Shown here piece after piece: positions 11,401-23,996 of a stretch of DNA of 64,000 bases. Where the stretch lies: NCBI RefSeq assembly GCF_947568905.1, contig NC_079169.1, positions 51,956,001-52,020,000 on the forward strand. Reading direction: 5' to 3'. The position numbers and the translations under genes were made by a program. This DNA comes from Ostrea edulis. Lineage: Eukaryota. Below the pieces are notes generated by a model. The model was given only the letters and a program-made list of their open reading frames with translations, was not told where the DNA came from and searched no databases. Numbering within the stretch: the stretch's first letter is position 1; every line of letters starts with the position of its first letter.

Positions 11401-14400
11401 TTTATACTGAAGCTCTGATTGGCTGTACAGTGTATTGTTTTATACTGAAGCTCTGATTGGGTGTACTGTTTTATACTGAAGCTTTGATTGGGTGTAATGT
11501 TTTACTCTGAAGCTCTGATTGGATGTACTCTTCTACACATAAGCTCTGATTGGATGTTTTGTTTTATACTGAAGCCCTGATTGGATGTACTGTTTTGCAT
11601 TGAAGCTGTTTTCTATTCCTGAACTTTATTGAATGAAATCTTTAAGATTCAACATCCACATTCACACAGGCTGTTGGACTCAACATTCACATAGGCTGTT
11701 GTGAGAAGCGTATATGCTGACCTGTTTCTTTGAGTAGTTTTTCAAGGTACTGTCTGTCACCGTACAGCTCTCCTAGAAGCTGTTTGATCGTCTTCTCGTT
11801 CCCCACCGGCCGACTGACCTCCAGTTTTTTCTGGGTTTGCATACCTGGGCGGCCATATGTGTTGTAGGCAGGCTTCTTTATCTTCCTCTAAAATGTTAAC
11901 ATTGTACAATAAGTTGCAGTTTCCTTGTAATGATACCACAAGTTTTTAACATTTGGTCTAGGATTCATACAGCGGCAATGGTACATAACTTTTTGGCAGG
12001 TATTATACTACATCTATAAGTAATGCTGTTAGGTCTAAGCACAACAAGATCCTTGTTAAACAAGATGTGTTGGTGAAACAATGATGCCCCTGTACAGCAG
12101 TAAAGTAACTCTGGTACCAGACGCAAGGTTTTGTCACAAGGAATACACATGTGAAATAAGAAAGACATAGAATTAACCACTCAAAAGTTATGGACAAGGT
12201 AAACATTTTCAAAAGTATGTCAAACACCAAGGTCAAGGTCATGAGGTCAAACATTGTGGTACCAAAAGCAAGGTCTTGTCACAAGGAATATGTATGCAAA
12301 ATATGAAAGCTCTTATTTCCCTCCATTGAAAAGTTATGACCAAAGTTAAGTTTTTGCGGACAAACGGACAGACCAAAACTACATGCCCACAAACCTCTAA
12401 TTACAGGAGCATGAGAACTTTATATATCCTGTGGAATTACTCTTGTGGGGGTCAACTCTCATGGATGGCCAGGATTATACAGTTTTGTTGGGAATGAATT
12501 TTGTATATTGATAGATTATATGAATTCTGTATTTCATTGAGGTTTTATAGGTTTATAAAGGTACCCACAAAAACTGAGTACCCTAAAAGCTCAGTATCTA
12601 CAACAACTGAGTAATTACCCATGAAAACTAAGTACCTACAAAATTATTCCATAGTAAATGTTTTAAAACTTGAAACATATATATAGAGTTACTATCCAGT
12701 TACAGAATAAAGATACTTACCAAACAGAAAGTTATATAATTAATTACTGACCACACAGAAAGTTATATAATTAATTACTAACCAAACAGAAAGTTCAGAT
12801 TAATTACTAACCAACACAAAGTTATAATAAATTACTAACAAAACAGAAAGTTATAATTAAGAGCCATTTTCTGTAACCACTTTAAAAATTTGGCACGCAT
12901 AGTCACCGATTTTCACGAAACTCACCTGAATGAGACAACTATATATATAGCAATCGGATCATGCGCTCGTCTTTTCCCATAACTGGTAAGAAGACTTGGG
13001 CGTGGATCGGCGCAAGAATTGCATCAAATTGATGCATTTCTTCACCGGAAGCGCGCCTGTGGATGAGGTTAGAAGGCATAACCGAATCCCTGTATAATGT
13101 GTTATTTAGATTTTCACCACAGATTCAGTTTAGGTATCATTAACATCTTATTCACTCTAATATACAAAAATATAAGTGGAAATTGATAGTATTAGATGTA
13201 TGATATCTTACATTTAGATGCATTTGAAAGTACGTGTTTCATATTGTAATATACGACTGTTGAAGTCATAGTTGCATTTGTGTACACATAGCAACAGACT
13301 CTGATGGCGTTGAACCACATACGGGGTTCATTTGCGGTTATGGAAATAGCCGAGTAGTTACGATTGAACTATATAGCATATTAAAAAATATATATTTAGA
13401 AATTAGATGGTGATCATGGTTGCTATGGAAACAGGTACAATTTTATCAAATTTGGCTATTTTCTAGAATTTGGTAGTTTTTGCACGAAAGTTCAATATAA
13501 AACATTATGAATAGTTTTAAAATTTTAATTTTCATATTAAATGATAAAGTAGATCCTATATTTTTTATTTAAGGAAAAAAAATTAATAATGGTCAATCCT
13601 AAGTGATTTTTATAATTGAATAAATCTGAAAAATTGTGTTTGAATTCAATGCCTTTCATGTTTTAATAACTTTTATTTGCATCCACCTCAAATAAAGTAA
13701 CACAAGTTTTTAAATCAACTAATTTATGTTCTTCATAAATTTAAACTAAAACTTTTGGGAACCTGTCTATTTCCTACAATTTGCAGGGCCATAAATTAAC
13801 CTTCAATTTGGAGGAGGCAGGAAATTAGGCGGGGGTCTGGGGGCCACCCAGGCCCCCAGACGCTGAGCACATTTTGTGCACACTGAACATGTTTCGTGCA
13901 AAATCCTTGATTCTAGGGCCTTCTAAGATATTACTTGACTAACTCATTCTAAAAGAAAGATTTGGAATGCTTTTTAAGGGAAGTATCATGTTCTTAGTTA
14001 TTGGAAACAACATAAATTCTAATGAACTTTAAATTTTAATTTTTTTTGGCTCAAAAGTTGGAGGAGGCAGCTGCCTCCTCCGCCTCCATGTAATTTACGG
14101 CCCTGATTTGAAGTGAATGGTTTATGAAAAAATGCATTCTGTAACCAAGAGTTATTCCCCTTTGAAACTCTTCAATGTGATAAGTCAAGATTATATACTT
14201 TGAATACATAGAAAATTGTATTTTAAATTGCATTGAAAAATGCACCTCTAATGTCATATCATGATGAAATGCATCATTTTGTTTCCATGGAAACACAGCT
14301 TAGAAGGTAGATCCCCAAACATGTCTCATTGTAATATAAATGATAATAGTACTAGGTCTAATGTATGTTGAACAAGGATTTATATATTTCAAGCTGAATG

Positions 14401-17400
14401 TTGGAATTTTTACCCATTCAAATTTGCCTCTAAATTAGCTTTTTCAGAATGTATTAAACAACCCTTTTCCAAGTAGAATGAAAACATACTAGAAATATTT
14501 AAAACTTTAACTAAATATTAAACTAAATAATGAAAATGTTATATGATTTTATAAGAAGTCAAACAACTAAATCCAGCATAGTTGAATAAAAAGTGTAAGT
14601 ATTCATGTAAAAATTGACTCTTTTGTGACCTGAATGGCATGCACAGGTTACCATGGCAATAGAGTTGCATAGCAACCAAATTATGATGGTTTTACATTAC
14701 TTATGCCAGATTAAGTCGATATGCCAAATTTTGAAGGAAAAAAAAATTGGTGACAGTGCGTGCCAGACTCCTTTAATGTTTAACTGGTTACTGAGAATGG
14801 CTCTTAATTACTAACTAAACAGAAAGTTATGATTACTAACCAAACAGAAAGTTATAATTCATTACTAACCAAACAGACAATTACTTTTCAAATGGAAATT
14901 TACTAATTACAATACAGATACAGACATAAAATTTACTACACATACAGAAAGCTACTATACAGAAATAAAGTTACAATCCATTGTCATAATCTGATGTTGT
15001 AAATGTGTTTTATTTAACTATGTCTTTAGTGTTTTCTAAAACCATTGTCATAATCTGATACTGTAAATGTATTATATTTTGTGTATTTAGCACTTTCTAA
15101 ATGTACACTACTTAAAAGCATACATATTCAAGACATTTATCAATCTAATGTACTTGATTTAGCTGTAGCTGCTTCCTGTGAAAGGCGGTAACTAGCAAAA
15201 TACAATATGTTTACAGTAATAGCTAAATTTTCATCAAATGTAATATCAAAACATACTTCATCTTGTTTTGCGAAAAAGGACAAATCTCCCTCTGTTGTAA
15301 GTTTCACTTTGTCTGGGGCTGGAAGAAATCCCAAATGTTACATGTAACCATGGTACTGTGCAGTGCAAAATAGATCCAACATTTACTACATTTTTATGTA
15401 AACAAACAAAACATTCTAAAACTGACTGGAATAAGCTTAATATGTAAAGGTCTTAGGAAGAAAACAATCTAAAACTGACTGGATTAAGCTTACTATGTAA
15501 ACAATGAAAACATTCTAAAACTGACTGGAATAAGCTTACTATGTAAAGGAAGGAAACATTCTAAAACTGACAGGAATAAGTTTACTATGTAAACAATGAA
15601 AACACTCTAAAACTGACTGGGATAAGCTTACTATGTAAAGGAAGGAAACATTAATCTAAAACTGACTGGAATAAGCTTACTATATAAACAATGAAAACAT
15701 TCTAAAACTGATTGGAATAAGCTTAATAAGTAAAGGAAGGAAACATTCTAAAACTAACTGGAACAAGAGGTACTGTGAGCAATGCTCACTAAGAATACCC
15801 CCCGCTTACCCCAATCTCCCAAAGGGTGTTGGTAATAGGTATAAACTACCTCTTTTCTGAGTGTAAAAAACAAATGGCATTACAAACCGAACCATATTGC
15901 TACTTCGATGTCCAGTGCGCGTGACCTTTGACCTTTTGACCCCAAAATCGATAGGGAACATCTTCATCCCATGGGTAGTCCATATGTATGATATGGTGAC
16001 TGTATGTGGAAAGGATAACGCTTTAGAGCCCGGAAACCATATTGCTACTTCGATGTCCAGTGTGCTTGACCTTTGACCTTTTGACCCCAAAATCGATAGG
16101 GAACATCTTCATCCCATGGGTAGTCCATATATATGATATGGTGACGGTAGGTGGAAAGGATAATGCTTTAGAGCCCGGAAACCATTGCGTCTACAGACGG
16201 ATGGACGGACGGACAGACAGACGGACAACCCGATTCCAGTTTCCCCCCCCCCCCCCCCCCCCCCACAACTTGTTGCGGGGGGTATAATAAGCTTACTATG
16301 TAAACATTCTATACCTAACTGGAATAAGCTTAATATGTAAACATTCTAAATCTAACTGGAATAAGCTTACTATATAAACAATGAAAACATTCTAAAACTG
16401 ACTGGAATAAGCTTACTATGTAAAGAAGGAAACATTCTAAAACTGACTGGAGTGGATTAAGCTAACTAAGTAAACAATGAAAACATTCTAAATCTAACTG
16501 GAATAAGCTGACAAAAGGTTTACCTCCTACTGAGTTGTCAATGGCTTCCTGAGCCTTCTGTATACCAAGTCGGAACTCTTGGAGCTCTGGTCGAAGTTTG
16601 TGACCTCTGTGATAGAAGACAAGGGAAAGCTCAAAATCTCCCTGGTAGTATAAGGCCTGAGCTTTCTGGTACACACCCTGAAAAAGCAAGCACAGCAGAC
16701 TAGGGAATTAACCTGTATATGGATAAATGTCAGTGAACTAAAGATACCTCCCCCCTCCCCCATCAGAATGACTCCAATGCTGATTTTTTGCTGAGAAAAT
16801 GCAATGGACCAGAGCAGGATTCAAACAAGGGTCCCCTGAATCTCCAGTCAAGTGTTCTACCAATTGAGCTACCTGGCCATTGGGATCGACCTCATCTGAC
16901 CACCACATTTGTGTATGTACATACAACTGTGTATTTGTTTGCTGGATTTTTTGTGAGATACTACAATATGCTATAAACTCATGTTCAACACACACATTCA
17001 TTTAATGTTTGAGTTGAAATAGAATTACTACACATGAACTTGAATTGTAAAAATTCATTTAGGACAGTATGTACTAAAATGATCAAGTGGGAAGAATCAA
17101 CAATCCTGAGGAGATTTTTACTTTCATTCCTGACACACAAAATTCAATTGAAATTCTCAACAATTCACTATGTGTAGAATTCAGAATATGAATGATAACT
17201 TTATCAGCAGTCTTAATCACAATTAGAAAATCATCATAATGATTATAGTTAAGTTATTAATTTAGACAGAAAATGAATGATAGATAGAATAAATGTGAAT
17301 GAATGTAATTCATCAACAGGTAAAATTGATGTATTTACTTGTACAAAGATCATGTCCAAAAAAAATATTGTATTCATTTGCAAAATTTATATAATATGGC

Positions 17401-18096
17401 ATGCTAATTAATAAATAAAACTTGTGTATGAAGAACAGGGGAGACGACTCCATGTAAATGCTTTTTTTCCCCCCTTACCTTATGGAAAGTTTTATCCTCT
17501 GACAATGAAGATTCAGCGTCAGCTAAAGCATTTTGTGTGTCTCCTAACTGTAGGTAACATTTGGATCGACAAACCAGGCAGTTCTTGTCGCCAGGTTGTA
17601 ACTCTAAGGCCTGCAATTAAGGAAATTAGCATGACTCCCAGTTTTAATGTATAAAAAAAATTTACATCAATTTTTGCAATACTTTTCAATTACACTATTT
17701 TGATAAGATATTATGCATCATATCAATATATTGTTTGCGTTAAGAACAATCAGTATTTTTAAATGTAATTTTTCTAAATTTTGGGTTGAAATGTACACTA
17801 GGTCTACTGCAAAATCTACGGAAATCAAGAGGGAAAATTGTTTAGTCTTTCCCCAAACATGAAAAATGCATACTGAAATATGATAAACTAACCTTTCTTT
17901 TGCTTAAATCATGCCTAGATTACAAAATATACAGAACATCAAGGCAAAATTTCGGATTCTATTATTTAAGCCTACTTACGATTGAGTAACTGTCTATGGA
18001 TTTCTTGTACTCTCCCTGTTTAAAGAGTGAATCTGCTTCTGCCTTGTAAATTTCAAATGTTCCCTTAGGGCCTTCAGAATCCTCGCCGTCGTACAT
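5500..18096 (-). CDS. ODAD4: Outer dynein arm-docking complex subunit 4 (tetratricopeptide repeat protein 25), 11 coding exons, 575 aa
   Basis: Exons 18096-17980, 17610-17479, 16677-16524, 15318-15257, 11887-11722, 11001-10783, 9974-9767, 9548-9462, 9222-9026, 7337-7269, 5816-5500. All GT-AG, phases match, total 1728 nt. TTC25 motifs: KAQALYYQGDFELSLVFYHRGHKLRPELQEFRLGIQKAQEAIDNSVG, KTIKQLLGELY, FWRQQKPMYAR, WLYHEIGRCYLE. Confidence 0.93.
5512..5590 (-). repeat. Coding 18-bp tandem repeat (GKKTPE x4) in ODAD4 tail
   Basis: Four copies of GG(A/G)AAAAAGACCCC(A/T)GA(G/A) in the last exon. Confidence 0.9.
6463..7303 (-). repeat. 46-bp minisatellite, ~18 copies, unit = last 34 nt of ODAD4 exon 10 plus 12 nt of donor/intron
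   Basis: Minus-strand unit TTTGAATTATCACTAGACCTTGCCCAAACACAAG/GTAAATACTACA; first copy is the real exon end; one 18-nt partial copy near 6680. Confidence 0.92.
7475..9028 (-). repeat. 32-bp minisatellite, roughly 30 copies, starting at the ODAD4 exon 9 donor
   Basis: Minus-strand unit GTAAGTCACATGATATGGTCTGTTGGTTTAGT; one distal unit is separated from the rest by the 7507-7989 MITE. Confidence 0.92.
7507..7989. mobile_element. hAT-type MITE
   Basis: TIRs TAGGGGTGAAACGAT / ATCGTTTCACCTCTA; 8-bp TSD ACTTACAC (7499-7506 and 7990-7997); GAATC subterminal repeats. Confidence 0.85.
11165..11610. repeat. 31-bp minisatellite in ODAD4 intron 5
   Basis: About 13 copies of GAAGCTCTGATTGGGTGTATTGTTTTATACT. 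Confidence 0.9.
12000..12415 (+). mobile_element. HINE/CvA-like element fragment
   Basis: CAAGGTCAAGGTCA motifs, internal duplication, CGGACAAACGGACAGAC microsatellite and terminal ATGCCC...GGAGCAT hairpin remnant. Confidence 0.5.
12861..14803. mobile_element. TTAA-flanked composite TIR element, Kolobok-like, non-autonomous
   Basis: TTAA at 12857-60 and 14804-07; outer TIR GAGCCATT(T/C)TC(T/A)GTAACCA; inner TIR GGCACGCA(TA/CT)GTCACC; no transposase ORF. Confidence 0.7.
13784..14105. mobile_element. MITE with CAG termini and 5-bp TSD (hAT5-like), copy 1
   Basis: TIR CAGGGCC(A/G)TAAATT / AATTTACGGCCCTG; TSD ATTTG on both sides; near-identical to 51322-51644. Confidence 0.85.
15395..16510. repeat. 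~45-bp minisatellite in ODAD4 intron 3, split by a HINE-like element
   Basis: ACTGACTGGAATAAGCTTACTATGTAAACAATGAAAACATTCTAAA copies on both sides of 15762-16287. Confidence 0.85.
15762..16287 (+). mobile_element. CvA/HINE-type non-autonomous Helentron
   Basis: AACAAGAGG start, ~145-bp internal tandem duplication, (GACG/GACA)n microsatellite, 3' CCCCC..CAACTTGTTGCGGGGGG hairpin; inserted within one minisatellite unit. Confidence 0.75.
16806..16878 (-). mobile_element. tRNA-derived SINE head / tRNA pseudogene
   Basis: GGCCAGGTAGCTCAATTGGTAGAACAC...GTTTGAATCC: A- and B-box-like motifs, but T and anticodon stems pair poorly. Confidence 0.55.
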
Positions 18097-18150
18097 TTTT
18101 GTTCACTGGGCCTGTAAAACTTGTCAGCGGCCTTCTATCCTCAACACCAA

Positions 18151-18182
18151 TGTAAACTTCCGGTGAAAATTATCCTAGCAAC
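18151..18182 (-). promoter_or_regulatory. Candidate ODAD4 proximal promoter with RFX X-box-like site
   Basis: CCTAGCAAC (18174-18182) about 75-85 nt upstream of the ATG, beside TGTAAAC (forkhead-like) and CTTCCGG (ETS-like); RFX/FOXJ1 are established regulators of motile-cilia genes. Confidence 0.5.
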
Positions 18183-18779
18183 CAAGCACGCGCTGAATCC
18201 CTCAAATATCAGCGCGCTAGTCAACTTTTATTGTATGTCCCTGGCAATGTAACATTAAGGTGCCGATGTTTGAATCATTTTGAATATTTGTGTTAGAAAT
18301 GATATTTCTCTAGAGTTTTTCTGTTTTGGGGGGTGTTTTTTGCATGATTGATTGCGTCCATTACATATTTTTATCCGACACATTCACAGATTTAATGAAG
18401 GGATTAAATGTAATCCCTTGTTGTACCGGCGTGATTTGGACTGATTAGCGCTGTAATCCATTCAAATACTTTTCTTAATATATTTAAATGTAAACTCTGC
18501 TATCGTTACGGTCATTCTAAATAAATAAATTTAAATTGTTGTCTACACAAAGATTAGTTTTTGTTGGGGAAGGAGGGGGGTCATCGAAGTCATATATCAA
18601 ATATCACTGACTCTTTACTCTTTATAGTAAATATAACTTTATAACCAACAGCATATTCTTTGTCTCCTACGCCTTAAGGTAATATTATACCATCTGTCTT
18701 ACATAGTGCTTGGTCTACCCCTCCCAAAAAGCTTATTAATATCTGATTAGTCAAGCTGATGGAAAACCAATCAAACATA

Positions 18780-19020
18780 CAACCTTGTATTTTTGTGCAT
18801 CATATATATCTTAACGAGGAAATTAGGTTTTTCTCCAACATCAGCATCTGCTCATAAATCAATGATTGAAATTGGTAAATATTCTGGTATTACTAGGAAT
18901 GAACGAATATGTAACACATGCAACTCCGGTTCATTAAGTTTGTTGATGATAGAAAATATTTTTGTGATGTTATATATAGAGAGAGAAAAACCAGTAAAGA
19001 GCCATCTATTCTACATGTAA
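18780..19020 (+). pseudogene. Decayed 3' end of LINE ORF2 (CR1/L2-like)
   Basis: SAHKSMIEIGKYSGITRNERICNTC resembles the R-SAHxL-IE-GRY...R-C--C C-terminal motif. Confidence 0.5.
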
Positions 19021-19629
19021 ATATGACTGAAAAATTTATTTTGAACAATATATGACATTGTATTCACATGTAACTACGTGTTGTAACGTGTATGTAATCA
19101 CTTCTGTTTTTTACTTATATACGTTTCATGCTGCCCCTTGAGGACCAGAAAATAAATATGTTCCATTTACGATTGAATCACAATCTTCACATGTTAAAAA
19201 ATAGAATAAGAATTAAACTCATTAATAGATAATAGCATGACTAAAGGGGTTTTTTCTGCAGAATTATCTCTTCTTCTTCTTTTTTTTCTTTTGCCTTCCT
19301 TTCGATAGAGAAGGGTTTGAATTTTCTAATTTACATTCATTTTTCTCATTGACGTTCTCAGTTGTTTATGTTCCTGCAAAACCTTCGTGAGGATGGAATT
19401 AAAGTTCTATGAAGTGAAGTTCCTTATCATTTACTCAGTCTGTCACGTCATACTTGGACACATCTATCCTCCATTTAGAGGCTGGGTCTATCATGGTATC
19501 ATTGTTCTTTATCGATGGAAAATTATACAATACAAATGGAAAATGTGAATACAAATGGAGAATTATACAATACAAATGGAAAATTATACAATGCAAATGG
19601 AAAATATAGAATACAAATGGAAAAGATCA

Positions 19630-19862
19630 AATATTGCAACGTTTGACATGCCATAGGAGACCTCACCATTTCCGGTGAAGGGCTGCAAAATTTAGGCTTA
19701 AGCTCGGCGCTTATGGTCTTTGAGCAGCGAAGGTTCTTTATCGTGACACATCTGTTGTGACACGGGGTCTCAGTTTTTGCGGTCTCATCCGAAGGACCGT
19801 CCCATTTCATCGCCTCTTATGACAAGTAAGGGGTACTGGGGACCTATTCTAACCCGGATCCC
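19630..19862 (-). mobile_element. SINE copy
   Basis: Reverse match to the SINE core/tail at 58105-58431 and to the head at 26590-26750. Confidence 0.65.
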
Positions 19863-20592
19863 TATTATATACCTATGAAAGTGTGTATTGTTAATACTAG
19901 CAGATAATATGTCGTCAATGTATCTTAATGTCGATTTGAAGGACACAGTAAGAGGTTTTCTATTTCTTCTTAAATAGGAGCTATTGAATAAATTCTGCCT
20001 CATAAAGAATAAAGAAACAAGTCAACTACTACTACTAAAAGAGCACAATTTGTGCTCATGGGAATTCTAACACTGTTGAAAGACTTGATTACCAAAACCA
20101 TGTAGATATTGTCAATGAGGAACTCCAGCATCGTTTTAATATCAACTTCAGAGTATTTGTGCGTGGATACATGTATTTGGAAACTGAACTATACAACGTA
20201 TTGAAATGTAGTTAATTACCTTATAAAGCGGGGTTTCCCTATGATAGTCTTGTACTAGCATCAGATTCCGCACTCTAGTGTCCAAATCACTGAGCCATGG
20301 GAATGCAAAAATTCAGGCAACGAGCACTGCAGTAAGGCAGTAGGATATTGTTCGTGAAAAATGCCTAGCCTGTCAATGGTTCTCGAGTAACAGTGTAGGA
20401 CCGGTAAAACGTTTCAAAGATCGACCATATGAAAAACATTTAGATATCATTTGTGATATGACTGTCGTTTTGCTATGACCAACATGGACGATGATTGTCC
20501 GTGACCAGTGGAACAAAATATTGCTGTGACCAATATGGAAAACTCTTGTAGTCGCCTGTAATTCTGTACAATATTTTCCTGTTTCCAATATC

Positions 20593-20754
20593 CAGTGGCG
20601 GATTCAGGGGGTTGGAACCCACCCCACCTCTTTCGCAGAAAATTTTGTTACATTAAAGTAAAAATAGCGCATTTTGAGGGTTCATCCCCCACCTTTTGAA
20701 AACCAAAATTAATTATAGAAATCCCCCCTTTAAAATAATCCTGGATCCGCCCTG
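20593..20754. mobile_element. Short CAG-terminal MITE
   Basis: CAGTGGCGGATTCAGG ... CCTGGATCCGCCCTG; TSD not cleanly preserved. Confidence 0.55.
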
Positions 20755-21455
20755 AGTATCTCTAGTGTTTTTCTCAGCTAATATCAGCACAATGTTTGGC
20801 AGAAATGCATGCGAAACTGGTATAGTACGTTACAAAATATCTACAGACCATCATTATGATCGCACTACCCCGTGCTCAACCCGGTAACCTTCTATCAACA
20901 GATAACGTAACACCCATCTTTCGACAACTAACTAGTTTGGTATGCCACAGTCATATGACTTGAATATACATGCACTTGCACCTATTTCGCTTCCTTCCAA
21001 TAGTCCAATAAATCCGATTCAGAGAGGTTTATATAGTATGTGAATTTGACTGCATTCCACGTATTTCCTCTTTGCAGACCTTTTCATAGTTTTGTATTGA
21101 TCCACCCATCCATTCAGTTGTCCGAGCCTGCCGTGTGAAGTACTATTATTATCATTTTACTGTATATTTAGATCTTGTAAAACAAAGATTGTTAAATCAT
21201 AGATTCGGAAGCAAAGACATAATATAACTGAGATAAGCAACTTGTTTACTGCTTTTTAAAGTAGTTCCACCCTATGTGACGTCAGAAGATTTTGCAAAAT
21301 CAATGATTTATTTAGATTTATGCACGATATTACCAAAATATTTTTAGAGTCTGTTCCATTGGTTATTGTAAAAATTCTTGTTAAACATAAAATGTTTCAA
21401 AAGTTTAAGTTATATATAGATAATCAATATTATGTTTTCAAAATAATAAATCCAA

Positions 21456-22126
21456 GGGAAATGTTGTCTCGGCACGTTTGGTCGCCGGCGACCAATTGTG
21501 CCACACGTATCGTCGCCGGGTAACTGATCATGCCTTGAGGGTGGACACGATTGGTAGCCAATTTTAGGTTATACCCGAGCACGAATGGTCGCCACCCAAG
21601 CTCCCACTCCCAAACCCCAACTTTGCTTTTCTCCTACTCCTCTTCCTCCAGCATCTACTCCCCTTCCTTTTCTTTCTCCCTTCTAATCCTCCTCCTCCTC
21701 CTTCTTTTCCAAATTCTTCTTCAATTTCCTCCGGTTTGATCAAACTGAACGAGTCTTCTGAATTGGCGGGTAATAGCTATGGGAGATGTGGCGCTTTCTA
21801 GTAGGCTTCAATCAGATGGTAATGGACGCCCCCTATAAAAATCACAGCACATCTTATTCCGATTCGAAACAGCTCTTCAAACCTTCCACATAAGTGTGCA
21901 GAGAATAGGCCTAATCTTGCGTTTCATAAATGTGGCGTGAAAGGGTAGGCCTACAAGAGGAGAGAGTGCACAAAACATGGAATGGATATACCCACAAAAC
22001 AGGCGTCCTCCATAGACGCCTACTCTTCAACTCTTCAGCGAGTCAGAGCTATCTCCGCGCTGCCCTCCAATCATCCCCATGTAATCTTTCTCTCTCTCTC
22101 ACTCACGCAAACACATACACAGAGTC

Positions 22127-22173
<47 letters not shown>

Positions 22174-23965
22174 CCACGCCAAATTCAATAACAGAATTAT
22201 CGCTAGTACAGTAGTTGACTTAAATCCCCCCCCCCTTTTTTAATTGTTCATCATGATAGTACTGATGGATATATATTATATATTTTTTACAATAAGTTAA
22301 CATGGTAAGTGGTAAAGTGCTGTTCATGAATATTATGTTCACTAAAATTAAAACTGTGTACGCAGTGTTGTTTATGCCGAATTCAACGATTTCATTTTCT
22401 TATCAAACCATGACAAATGGTAGTACTATAGTACTTGCTTTGTATTTCACTCTGTGTGCCCATGTATATTTGCATGCGTGTTTGCGCACTTACTTATCAG
22501 GATGTATGTCACGCCATATTTATATTTACTCCTTTATAAAGGTATCTAATGTACTCTATGAGATATCTTCTATTTTAAATCAGATATGGAATAAATTTTA
22601 TAAGATGTCTCATATAATTTAGAGTTGATAATGTATCGCATAAAATATATAAGATATTCTTAAACTATATAAGATATCTCATAAACTTTATAAGATATCT
22701 TGTATATTAAACAAGATATCTTATAAAGTTTATGAGATATCTTATGAAAGATAGAATATATCTTATAAATTTATTTTTGTAAGATATCTTAAAAAACATA
22801 TAAGATATCTCATATGTTTTATAAGAAGATATCTCATAAATGAATTTTTATAAGATATCTCATCAACTTTATGAGATATCTTATAAAACATACGGGATAT
22901 CAAATATGTTTTATAAGATATCTTATACATGTTATTATGAGTCAGAATTACCCAGCAATTTACTAACAACGGCAGTCAAACAAGTAATAACATTTATTTG
23001 CAATTCTTGAAAGAAAATTATAATAATAACAAAGTACTAACTTACAATAGGTGAACAATAAGCAATGTCCGTGCCGAGCTGAATCTGTATACAAAACAAA
23101 TCACAAATCGGCTGTTAATTTCCAACGAAATTCCTAAATCCTACTCCCAGCTATAGAATAATCAAAAATATCTAAAGTGCTTGTCTAACTAGAGCTTGAC
23201 ATCGGCTAAATTCACATTGTATTCATAATCAGAATAAATGTTCTGGTACATTCTTGAAAGACACAGTTCGTTATCTATCTACTATATGTGATAAACATCG
23301 AACTCTGGAACAATATAGGTCACGGGTGTCACTCAAATGCAAGTATTACACAACAATATGATACTTTATATGGTTTATAAGATATCTTGTAAAAATTTAT
23401 TCATGAGATATCTTATAAAGTTTAAGAAATATCTTATAAAATATATACGATATCTTATATGTTCTACAAGATATCTTATAAAATATATGAGATATATTAT
23501 AAAATTTCTTTTATAAGATACTTTATAAAAGTTATAAAATATCTTATAAGACTTAATGAGATATCTTAAATCAAAAACGTTAATAAGATATTTTATAAAG
23601 TTTATGAGATATATTGTATACTATATAAGATATCTCGAGTAAAATATATATATATATATATACATGTATATACTAGGATATTTTATATCTTTTATCAAAT
23701 GTCTTATAAGATTTATGAGATATCTTTGAAGAGGAATAAATGTAAATACGGCGTGCAATAAGGATGGTATGTAAGAGTATTGTGTTGCTAAAATGTTGCG
23801 ACTCCTTTGTTTGCAAAATAAATTCACATCAAATTCCATCCAGAAATGCCAAAGTGTTTTTGTTTGTTGGCTTTGTATCGTACTTGGTTTAAATGTGTGC
23901 ACGTATGTGCGTGTGTATTGCAAAACAAACTTTATTACATATGAATGTACAAACATACACGCACG

Positions 23966-23996
<31 letters not shown>

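Larger units (their letters stand above)
12700..14960. repeat. ~29-bp minisatellite in ODAD4 intron 4, split by a transposon
   Basis: TTACTAACCAAACAGAAAGTTATAATTAA copies at ~12700-12860 and ~14808-14960, on both sides of the insertion. Confidence 0.8.

Noticed and set aside
16806-16878. Functional tRNA gene
   Set aside because: T-stem and anticodon stem do not pair properly; better explained as a SINE head.
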